From an uncultured Gemmatimonadaceae bacterium (GTDB lineage: Bacteria; Gemmatimonadota; Gemmatimonadetes; Gemmatimonadales; GWC2-71-9), in the NCBI GenBank assembly GCA_964557115.1, contig CAZKYO010000006.1, positions 3,810-67,809 of the forward strand: DNA of 64,000 bases, given 5' to 3'. Shown here piece by piece: positions 56,743 to 64,000 of the stretch. The first letter of the stretch is position 1, and the number at the start of each line of letters is the position of its first letter. The notes below the pieces were generated by a model. It had not been told where the DNA came from, searched no databases, and saw only the letters and a program-made list of their open reading frames with translations. The translations under genes and the position numbers were made by a program.

Positions 56743-58137
56743 ATGACCTCCTCTCCCCAGTCCTCCGGAATCGTCTCGCGCGACGAGGCGGTCCGTCGCT
56801 CGTTTGCGGCCGACGCGTCGGGGCTCGTCATGATGCCGGACGCCGTCGCGCGGCCCACCACCCGCTCCGAGTTGATCGAGGTAATGCGCGAGGCGCACGC
56901 CGCGCGGAGCGCGATCACTCCCGCCGCCGGGATGAGCAGCATGACGGCCGGCCCGATCGCCGACCACGGCACCATCCTGTCGGTCCGCGGGCTCGACCGC
57001 GTGGGTGAGATCGATCGCGAGCGGATGACGGTGCGGGTGGAGCCGGGGATCGGGGTGGCCGACCTCAAGCGGCGGCTCGCCGCGGAGGGCTACCTCTTCG
57101 CGATCGACCCGACCAGCGAGGAGGAGGCCGCCCTGGGGGGTGCGATCGCATGCAACGCCTCGGGGGCGCGCTCGCTCCGCTATGGCGCCACCCGACGCCA
57201 CGTGGCCGGCCTCTCGGTCGTGCTCGCCGACGGCGAGCTGCTCGAGCTTCATCGGAGCCGGGTCGAGAAGAACACCGTCGGCTACGCCGCCGTGCAGGAC
57301 CCGGTCGACTGGTTCATCGGCAGCGAGGGGACCCTCGGCGTCGTCGTGCAGGCGGAGCTCTCCCTGCTGCCGCTCCCCGAGCGCGTCACCGGCCTGGGCT
57401 TCCCGTTCCCGACCCAGGCCGCGGCGCTGGCGTTCGTGCGCGCGGCGCGCGCGGCGATGGACGCCGGCAGGGTCCATCCGCGCTGCCTGGAGTTCCTCGA
57501 CGTGCGGTCGCTGGAGATCGTGCGCGCGCAGGAAGGCGGGTCCGGCTGGCTGGGCGAAGCGTTCGTCTACACCGAGGAAGAACACCCGGGCGATCGCGAA
57601 CTGGACTACGACGCCTGGCTTGCCCTCGCCGAGACGAACGGTGCGCTGACCGACGATGTGCTGGTGTTCGACGACGACGCCAAGATCCGCACCGCACGGC
57701 TGGTGCGCCACGCGGTGCCGGTCACCATGCTGGAGCGCGGCAACGCGTTCGCCGAGGCGGGCGGCCGACGGATCGCGACCGACTGGGCGGTGCCGTGGCC
57801 GCTGCTCGAGCGGGCGCTCGGGATCGCGCGCGAGGCCGCCGAACGGCACGGTGTCGCGCTGCCGACGGTGTACGGCCACTCTGGCAACGGCCACCCGCAT
57901 CAGGACTATGTGGCTCGCGACGACGCGGAGGTCGAGGTCGTCGAGCGGGTCATCCGGGAGACGCTCGAGCAGGTGATCGCGATGGGCGGCACCGTGGCGG
58001 CCGAGCACGGCATCGGCAAGCTCAAGCGCAAGTGGATGCCGCTGCAGATCTCGCCGGCCCAGCTCCGGGTGATGCAGGGAATCAAGCACGCGCTCGACCC
58101 TCATGGGTTGATGGCGCCCGGCAACATCTGGGACTGA
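56743..58137 (+). CDS. FAD-linked oxidase (GlcD / D-lactate dehydrogenase-like)
   Basis: PCMH-type FAD-binding N-domain pattern (P..R.E......A......I.P.......GP...) and C-terminal GG..AAEHGIGK.K motif. Confidence 0.75.
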   Translation: MTSSPQSSGIVSRDEAVRRSFAADASGLVMMPDAVARPTTRSELIEVMREAHAARSAITPAAGMSSMTAGPIADHGTILSVRGLDRVGEIDRERMTVRVEPGIGVADLKRRLAAEGYLFAIDPTSEEEAALGGAIACNASGARSLRYGATRRHVAGLSVVLADGELLELHRSRVEKNTVGYAAVQDPVDWFIGSEGTLGVVVQAELSLLPLPERVTGLGFPFPTQAAALAFVRAARAAMDAGRVHPRCLEFLDVRSLEIVRAQEGGSGWLGEAFVYTEEEHPGDRELDYDAWLALAETNGALTDDVLVFDDDAKIRTARLVRHAVPVTMLERGNAFAEAGGRRIATDWAVPWPLLERALGIAREAAERHGVALPTVYGHSGNGHPHQDYVARDDAEVEVVERVIRETLEQVIAMGGTVAAEHGIGKLKRKWMPLQISPAQLRVMQGIKHALDPHGLMAPGNIWD

Positions 58138-58151
58138 GCGGCATCAGCCCC

Positions 58152-59252
58152 GTGCACGCCTACATCCACGTCCCGTTCTGCGGTCGTCGCTGTTCCTACT
58201 GCGACTTCGCGATCGCCGTGCGCCGGGACACTCCCGATTCGGCGTTCGTCGAGGCGATCGGGCGCGAGTGGGCGGCACGGCGCGACCACCCGGCGATCCG
58301 CGGCACCCTCGACACGCTCTACTTCGGTGGCGGGACGCCGTCGCGCCTGGCCCCCGCCTCGCTCGAGTCGATCATCGGGTTGCTCACACGCGATCTCCCG
58401 CTGGCTGACGACGCCGAGGTCACGATCGAGGCGAATCCCGACGACGTGACGCCCGAGCGCGCCGGCGCATGGGCGGGGCTCGGGATCAACCGCGTCTCGC
58501 TCGGGGTGCAGAGCCACGACCCCGCGGTGCTGGCGTGGATGCATCGTACCCACGAGGCCGGGCAGGTCGCTCCCGCCCTTGCCGCGCTTCGTGCGGCCGG
58601 GATCGGGAACGTCTCGCTCGACCTGATCTTCGCGCTGCCGCCCGAGGTGCCGCGCGACTGGCCGCGCGACCTCGACCTGACGCTGGCGCTGGCGCCGTCG
58701 CATCTCTCGCTGTACGGCCTCACTGTCGAGCCGCACACCCCGCTGGCGCGCTGGACCGAGCGTGGCGCCGCGCACGAGGCACCGGAGGAGCGCTACGCCA
58801 CCGAGTACCTCGCCGCGCACGCGGCGCTCCGCGCCGCCGGGTTCGAGCACTACGAGGTCTCCAACGCCGGGCGTCCGGGTTGCCGTTCCCGCCACAACTC
58901 CGCCTACTGGCAGCAGCGCGACTACGTGGGACTCGGTCCGAGCGCGCACTCGTTCCTGGATGGCGTGCGCTCCTGGAACGAGCGCGAGTGGGAGGCCTGG
59001 CGTCGGCGGGTGGAGGCGGGGTCGGATCCCGAGGCGGGGCGGGAGGTGCTGGAACCCGGCCAGCGGGAGCTCGAGCTGCTGTACTTCGGGCTCCGCACCG
59101 ACCGGGGGGTCGCCCGCGACCGGCTTGCCCCCACGGTCGCCGCGGCGTGGCTTCGGGAAGGGTGGGCCATCGCCGAGGGCGACCGGATCCGGCTCACCGC
59201 CGAGGGCTGGCTCCGGCTCGATGCGCTGGTCACCGTGGCCGCGGCGGCCTAA
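58152..59252 (+). CDS. hemW: Radical SAM heme chaperone HemW (HemN-like, oxygen-independent coproporphyrinogen oxidase family)
   Basis: YIHVPFCGRRCSYCDF CxxxCxxC motif, YFGGGTPS, HemN_C-like end. Start set to GTG 58152 within track ORF 57150..59252. Confidence 0.85.
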   Translation: MHAYIHVPFCGRRCSYCDFAIAVRRDTPDSAFVEAIGREWAARRDHPAIRGTLDTLYFGGGTPSRLAPASLESIIGLLTRDLPLADDAEVTIEANPDDVTPERAGAWAGLGINRVSLGVQSHDPAVLAWMHRTHEAGQVAPALAALRAAGIGNVSLDLIFALPPEVPRDWPRDLDLTLALAPSHLSLYGLTVEPHTPLARWTERGAAHEAPEERYATEYLAAHAALRAAGFEHYEVSNAGRPGCRSRHNSAYWQQRDYVGLGPSAHSFLDGVRSWNEREWEAWRRRVEAGSDPEAGREVLEPGQRELELLYFGLRTDRGVARDRLAPTVAAAWLREGWAIAEGDRIRLTAEGWLRLDALVTVAAAA

Positions 59253-59261
59253 CTTTCAGGG

Positions 59262-60299
59262 ATGGCAGAACTTGAGTCGCTGAGCGACCGCGAGCGGCGG
59301 GTCCTCGAGGCGGTGATCGAGACCTACATCGCCACGGCCGAGCCGGCGGGGTCGCAGACGATCGCGCGGCGGTCGGGGCTGGGGATCTCCCCGGCCTCGA
59401 TTCGCTCGACGATGAGCGACCTGGAGGCCCGCGGCTTCCTCTTCCACCCCCACACGTCCGCCGGACGGATCCCGACCGACCAGGCGTACCGGCTCTACGT
59501 CGACGCGATCATGCGGCGCAGCCCGCCCGATTCCCGTTCGCGCGAGACGCTGCAGGCCGAGCTCACGGCGGCCTCGGTGGCGAGCGAGGAGCTGCTCCGG
59601 CGGGCGGCACAGGTGCTCGGGATCCTCACCCAGGAACTCGGCGTCGCGGTCGCGCCGGCACTCGACGACATCGTGCTGGAGCGGATCGACCTGGTGCCCG
59701 TCTCGTCGGAGCGCCTGCTGCTCGTCTTCAACCTGCGCAGCGGCATCGTGCGCACGATCTACGTCCGGGTGCCGGTCGCGGTCGAGCCGGGGAAGGTCGA
59801 GGAAGTGCAGCGGATCCTCAACGAGCGGCTCGGCGGGCTCTCCCTCCAGGAGATCCGCGCGACGCTCGGCGACCGGCTGCGCGACGCGGCCAGCAGCAGC
59901 GAGGCGAGCGACCTGCTCGACATCGTCGTCGCCGAGGGGGAAGGGATCTTCGACCTCGCCGACCGCAGCGAGCCGGTGGTGCTCGGGAGCGCCACGCACC
60001 TCGCCGACCAGCCCGAGTTCGCCAGCAGCGAGCGGATCCGCTCGCTGCTCTCGATCACCGAGCGCCGCGACCTGCTGCGCGAGGCGCTCGCCGAACGCCG
60101 GCGCGAGGGCCTCAAGGTCACCATCGGCAACGAGCACGGGCAACCCGGCCTTGCCGGCTTCACGCTCGTGACCAGCACCTATCGCCGCGCCGGCGCCACC
60201 GGCGTGATCGGCGTCCTCGGGCCGACCCGGATGCCGTACGACAAGATCATCGGCCTGGTCGAGCACACCAGCCGCCTGGTCGAGGGACTCCTGCAGTGA
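59262..60299 (+). CDS. hrcA: Heat-inducible transcription repressor HrcA
   Basis: [29 protein letters not shown] winged-helix N-terminus and the typical HrcA C-terminal [13 protein letters not shown]. Confidence 0.9.
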   Translation: MAELESLSDRERRVLEAVIETYIATAEPAGSQTIARRSGLGISPASIRSTMSDLEARGFLFHPHTSAGRIPTDQAYRLYVDAIMRRSPPDSRSRETLQAELTAASVASEELLRRAAQVLGILTQELGVAVAPALDDIVLERIDLVPVSSERLLLVFNLRSGIVRTIYVRVPVAVEPGKVEEVQRILNERLGGLSLQEIRATLGDRLRDAASSSEASDLLDIVVAEGEGIFDLADRSEPVVLGSATHLADQPEFASSERIRSLLSITERRDLLREALAERRREGLKVTIGNEHGQPGLAGFTLVTSTYRRAGATGVIGVLGPTRMPYDKIIGLVEHTSRLVEGLLQ

Positions 60300-61426
60300 A
60301 CGACTACTACGCGATCCTCGGCGTCGCGCGCGACGCCAGCGATGCCGACATCAAGAAGGCCTACCGTCGCCTCGCGATGGAATTCCACCCCGACCGCAAC
60401 GACTCGCCCGCGGCGGAGGCGAAGTTCAAGGAGGTCAGCGAGGCCTACCAGGTCCTCGCCGATCCGCAGAAGCGGGCGCACTACGACCGCTTCGGCAGCG
60501 CGCCCTCGTCCGCCGGCGGCGGCTTCGGCGGCTTCCAGCACGTCGACCTCGCCGAGGCGCTCAACATCTTCATGCGCGACTTCGGCGGCATGGGCGGGCT
60601 CGAGGGCCTCTTCGGCGGCGGTCGCCAGCCGGGCGACGCGCGCCGCGGGCAGGACATCCGCGTCGCGGTGCGCGTCACGATCCAGGAGGTCGCCACCGGC
60701 GCCAAGCGGAGCATCAAGCTCAAGACGCTGGTGCCGTGCGAGACCTGCAGCGGGACCGGCGCAGGGAAGGGGACCAAGCCGGTGGCCTGCGGCACCTGCG
60801 GCGGCACCGGCGAGGTGCGTCGCGCGGCGCGCTCGATCTTCGGGCAGTTCGTGCAGGTCGGGCCGTGCCCCACCTGCCGGGGCGAGGGTGTCGTGATCCG
60901 GACGCCGTGTGAGGTCTGCCGCGGCGAGGGCCGGATGAAGAGCGAACGCACCGTGACGGTGGACATCCCGCCGGGCGTCGCGACGAACAACTACATCACG
61001 CTCCGCGGCCAGGGCGCGGCGGGACCGCGCGGCGGTCCGGCCGGCGACCTGATCGTGGTGATCGAGGTGCGCGAGGACGAGCGCTACACGCGCGAAGGCG
61101 ACGACCTGTGGGTCGAGCTGCCGCTGGCGTTCTCGCAGGCCGCCCTCGGCGTGACGCTGCAGGTGCCGACGCCGTGGGGCGACGCGGAGCTGGTCGTCCC
61201 GGCCGGCGTCCAGTCGGGCGCCGTCCTCGAGATGCGGGGCAAGGGGCTGCCGCGCCTGGGCGGCACCGGCACGGGCGACCTCAACGTCCGGGTGCAGGTG
61301 TGGACGCCGAAGCACCTCAACGACGAACAGCGACGCCTCTTCGCGCAGCTCGCCGAGCACGAGGCCGACGGACCGGAACGCGAGGGCGGCTTCTGGTCCA
61401 AGCTGAAGGAGGCACTGGGGGCGTGA
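60296..61426 (+). CDS. dnaJ: Chaperone DnaJ
   Basis: J domain (YYAILGV...[13 protein letters not shown]), G/F region, four CxxCxGxG zinc motifs. GTGA overlap with hrcA. Confidence 0.95.
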   Translation: MNDYYAILGVARDASDADIKKAYRRLAMEFHPDRNDSPAAEAKFKEVSEAYQVLADPQKRAHYDRFGSAPSSAGGGFGGFQHVDLAEALNIFMRDFGGMGGLEGLFGGGRQPGDARRGQDIRVAVRVTIQEVATGAKRSIKLKTLVPCETCSGTGAGKGTKPVACGTCGGTGEVRRAARSIFGQFVQVGPCPTCRGEGVVIRTPCEVCRGEGRMKSERTVTVDIPPGVATNNYITLRGQGAAGPRGGPAGDLIVVIEVREDERYTREGDDLWVELPLAFSQAALGVTLQVPTPWGDAELVVPAGVQSGAVLEMRGKGLPRLGGTGTGDLNVRVQVWTPKHLNDEQRRLFAQLAEHEADGPEREGGFWSKLKEALGA

Positions 61427-62262
61427 CCGCGCACTGGTGGCACGTGTCCGTCAGCTGCCGCCCCGAGGACACCGACCTGGTCGCCGCCGCCATCGTGGCG
61501 GCCACCGGCCACGGCGTCGAGGAGCCGGAGGCCGGCGTGCTCTCGACCGCGCTGCCCACCGAGGATGCCGCCAAGGTGCTGGCGGGCGAGCTCGCGGCCC
61601 GATTCGAGGGACTCGAGGCCAGCGTCACGGCACTCGAGCCGGTCGACTGGACCGTGCGCTGGCGCGACGGGATCGCGACGCGGCGCTTCGGTCGACTGAT
61701 CCTCACCGCCTCGTGGCTTCCGGTGGTGCCGGTCGGCGACGAGGTGGTCCTCGTCCTCGATCCGGAGTCAGCCTTCGGCAGCGGCGAACACGGTTCGACG
61801 CGCGCCGCCCTGACGCTCCTCGAGCGGCACCTCCAGCCCGGCCAGGTGGTCCTCGACTTCGGCAGCGGATCCGGCATCCTCGCCATCGCCGCGGTGCGCC
61901 TGGGTGCCGCGCGCGCGGTCGGGATCGAGGTCGACGACAGCGCCAACCCGATCGCGGAGGCCAACGCGCTCCGCAACGGCGTCGCCGACCGGGTCACCTT
62001 CCTCGAGGGGGACGCCGCGGCGATGCATCGACTGGTGGGCCCCGCCCAGCTCGTCTGCAGCAACATTTTGCGCATCGTGAACGTGTTGCTGCTGCCGGCG
62101 ATCGTCGAGGCGCTGGCGCCCGGCGGGATCGCGATCTTCAGCGGCATGGAGTCAACCGAGCGCGCGCTCTTCCTGCCGGAACTCGAGCGGGCGGGCTGGC
62201 TGCCCTTGGACGAGGTGCAGGACGCCGACTGGTGGGCGATCGCCGCGCGGCGGCCGGCATGA
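61423..62262 (+). CDS. prmA: Ribosomal protein L11 methyltransferase
   Basis: FG.G.H.(S)T and SAM motif [16 protein letters not shown] 61423 overlaps the dnaJ stop. Confidence 0.8.
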   Translation: MTAHWWHVSVSCRPEDTDLVAAAIVAATGHGVEEPEAGVLSTALPTEDAAKVLAGELAARFEGLEASVTALEPVDWTVRWRDGIATRRFGRLILTASWLPVVPVGDEVVLVLDPESAFGSGEHGSTRAALTLLERHLQPGQVVLDFGSGSGILAIAAVRLGAARAVGIEVDDSANPIAEANALRNGVADRVTFLEGDAAAMHRLVGPAQLVCSNILRIVNVLLLPAIVEALAPGGIAIFSGMESTERALFLPELERAGWLPLDEVQDADWWAIAARRPA

Positions 62263-62981
62263 TCCGCGTCGCGGTCGAGCCAGGGGCTTTGGTCCCCGGT
62301 GCGCTGGTGTCGCTCGATGGCGACGAGAGCCATCACCTGCAGGTGCGCCGCGGCACCGATGCGATGCCGGCCGCCGCGATCGATGGCGCCGGGGCGGCGG
62401 CGACGGGGACGCTGGTGCGGGCGGAGACCGGCTGGCAGTTCCGCGTCGAGGACGTCACCCACGTCCCGCGCCCGGGTGCGCTGTGGCTGGCGGTCGCGGC
62501 CGGCGATCGCGACCGCTTCCTGTGGGTTGCGGAGAAGTTGGCGGAACTCGGCGTCACGCGCCTGCTGCCGATCGAGACGGCCCGCACCGTGACCGTGGCC
62601 ACTCGCCTGCGCGACGGTGCGGTGGACAAGGCACGGCGTCGGGCCCGCGAGGGCTGCAAGCAATCCGGGAATCCGTGGTACCCCGAGGTGGAGCCGCTCC
62701 GGCCGCTGGAGGCCCTCGTCGCGGATCGGGATGCCGTCACCTGGTGCCTTGCCGAGGCCGACGCGCCGCCACCGGGGCCGGCGCTGGCGCGCGCGCCGAT
62801 CGGCTGGCTGATCGGTCCCGAGGGTGGCTTCGATGCGTCCGAGCGGCGATTCTGCGTCGAGGCACTCGGCGCGACGCCGCGGTCGCTGGGGCCGCACGTG
62901 TTGCGGTTCGAGACCGCCGCCATCGCCGCGGCCGCGGTCACCGTCACGATCCGCCTGGGCGGCGGGGAAGGGGAACGCTGA
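62259..62981 (+). CDS. rsmE: 16S rRNA (uracil1498-N3)-methyltransferase RsmE
   Basis: PUA-like N-terminus (L.GDE.HHL.VRR) and SPOUT knot motif IGPEGGF. ATGA overlap with prmA. Confidence 0.8.
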   Translation: MIRVAVEPGALVPGALVSLDGDESHHLQVRRGTDAMPAAAIDGAGAAATGTLVRAETGWQFRVEDVTHVPRPGALWLAVAAGDRDRFLWVAEKLAELGVTRLLPIETARTVTVATRLRDGAVDKARRRAREGCKQSGNPWYPEVEPLRPLEALVADRDAVTWCLAEADAPPPGPALARAPIGWLIGPEGGFDASERRFCVEALGATPRSLGPHVLRFETAAIAAAAVTVTIRLGGGEGER

Positions 62982-63328
62982 TGGACTGCATCTTCTGCCG
63001 GATCGTCGCGGGCGAGATCCCCGCGCGACTCGCGGGGGAGTCGGCACATGCAGTGGCATTCCACGACGTGCATCCGCAGGCGCCGACGCACGTACTGGTG
63101 GTGCCGCGGCAGCACGTGGCGTCCGCGGCGGAGGCGACCCATCTCCCCGACGGTGGCGCGATCCTGCACGACATGCTCGCGCTCGCCGCGCGGGTCGCCG
63201 AGGAGCAGGGGATCGCCGCGAGGGGCTATCGCTGCGTCTTCAACACCGGCGACGAGGGCGGCCAGACGGTCCACCATCTCCACTTGCACGTCCTCGGCGG
63301 GCGGCAGATGACCTGGCCGCCGGGTTGA
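62981..63328 (+). CDS. HIT-family (histidine triad) nucleotide hydrolase
   Basis: CIFCRIVAGEIPA and the histidine triad HHLHLHVLGG. The ATG overlaps the rsmE stop. Confidence 0.88.
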   Translation: MDCIFCRIVAGEIPARLAGESAHAVAFHDVHPQAPTHVLVVPRQHVASAAEATHLPDGGAILHDMLALAARVAEEQGIAARGYRCVFNTGDEGGQTVHHLHLHVLGGRQMTWPPG

Positions 63329-63338
63329 GGGCGCCCTG

Positions 63339-63572
63339 ATGACCGTGATCTTCTCAACCGGGAGCCTCGCCGAGCTGGTCGTCGCCAAGCTGCTGCTCGA
63401 GGCGGAGGGGATTCCGTACGTCGTGCAGGGCGAGGGCGTCCAGAACCTGTTCGGATTCGGCACGATCTTCGGATACAATCCGATCACCGGACCGGTTGAG
63501 CTGCGCGTCGCCGACGAGGACGCGGACCTGGCCCGCGAGGCCCTCGCCGAGATTCACGCACCGGGGGAGTGA
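63339..63572 (+). CDS. DUF2007-like small protein
   Basis: 77 aa. A..LL.AEGIP..V pattern typical of this family. This is a weak call. Confidence 0.45.
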   Translation: MTVIFSTGSLAELVVAKLLLEAEGIPYVVQGEGVQNLFGFGTIFGYNPITGPVELRVADEDADLAREALAEIHAPGE

Positions 63573-63575
63573 GCG

Positions 63576-63860
63576 ATGGATGGACTCAGCTTCGTCACGA
63601 TCGTCTCGGGCCTGGCCCTCATGATTCCGATCACCGCGGTGATCACCAGCGCCTGGCAGAAGACCGCCAAGATGCGCCTGGAGGAGGCCCGCCTGAAGGC
63701 GGGGCTGGTCGACGGGGTGGACGCCGCGGAGGTCGAGGCCCTCCGGGGCGACGTCGCCGAGCTCCGGGGCGAGCTGGACCAGGTCCAGGAGCGCCTCGAC
63801 TTCACCGAGCGCCTCCTGGTCGAGGTCCGGGATCGGCAGCAACTCCCCCCGGCCGGCTGA
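63576..63860 (+). CDS. Hypothetical membrane-anchored coiled-coil protein
   Basis: One N-terminal TM (FVTIVSGLALMIPITAVITSAW) followed by a heptad-like Leu/Glu/Arg helix. No family recognised. Confidence 0.45.
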   Translation: MDGLSFVTIVSGLALMIPITAVITSAWQKTAKMRLEEARLKAGLVDGVDAAEVEALRGDVAELRGELDQVQERLDFTERLLVEVRDRQQLPPAG

Positions 63861-64000
63861 GGCGCCGGCCCGGCCTACCCCCGGACCCTTCCCCCGACTC
63901 GGGACCCGGCTTACCTTTCCAGGTCTGTGCACCAACCGCCCCTTTGCGGGGGCTCGAGAGGGGTGATTCCAGGAATGTCGGAAGTCATCATCCACGATGA

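Noticed and set aside
59200-59261. CIRCE operator (TTAGCACTC-N9-GAGTGCTAA) upstream of hrcA-dnaJ
   Set aside because: I saw no match here or elsewhere in the window. hrcA starts 9 nt after hemW, so any operator is probably further upstream or at other loci (groES/dnaK) outside this window. Absence here is not informative.
63975-64000. Possible start of another gene (ATG 63975, MSEVIIHD..., AGGA 3 nt upstream)
   Set aside because: Only 8 codons are visible before the window ends, which is too little to support a call.

Overview
This is a 64-kb, very GC-rich, gene-dense chromosomal segment from a diderm bacterium. The evidence for a diderm is Tol-Pal, an LptD-like barrel, a TonB-dependent receptor and heptose/LPS genes. 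The proteins look Gemmatimonadota-like to me, but I cannot verify that here. I call 63 protein genes and two tRNAs. All but 4 genes are on the + strand, and many are linked by ATGA/GTGA start-stop overlaps. The content is core housekeeping: radC-rel-EVE, uvrB, tsaE-tsaB-rimI, ssb, tolQ-tolR-tolA-like-tolB-pal-cpoB, tatC/lptD-like, a polyprenyl synthase, tatA, a ppiD-like gene, aroQ-pepP-efp-accB-pilT-accC-comB-ftsK, yraN, recA-recX, alaS, a PHP phosphatase-gmhA-SDR-DUF1080-cca-rarA chain, hflX, sugar epimerases and glycosyltransferases, obg, dprA, hemW and hrcA-dnaJ-prmA-rsmE-HIT. I found no CRISPR array, transposase, integrase, toxin-antitoxin pair or recognisable defence island, so I do not claim a new multi-gene system. 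The unusual material is: (1) TatC and an LptD-like outer-membrane barrel encoded as one uninterrupted 1224-codon ORF right after Tol-Pal. (2) A family of about 95-nt hairpins with a conserved TCCC/AACAA internal loop and covarying stems, present as convergent pairs in two long spacers (recX-alaS and dprA-glcD). (3) Stop-codon-proximal inverted repeats built from tandem 7-nt units at four loci, plus an 8-nt x6 tandem repeat. (4) Two near-identical 23-bp dyad boxes 73 bp apart bracketing a putative recA promoter in a local low-GC patch. (5) pilT inserted, translationally coupled, between accB and accC. All protein calls rest on motif recognition by eye. No searches were run. Many track ORFs were trimmed to internal starts because their 5' parts overlap the preceding gene out of frame.
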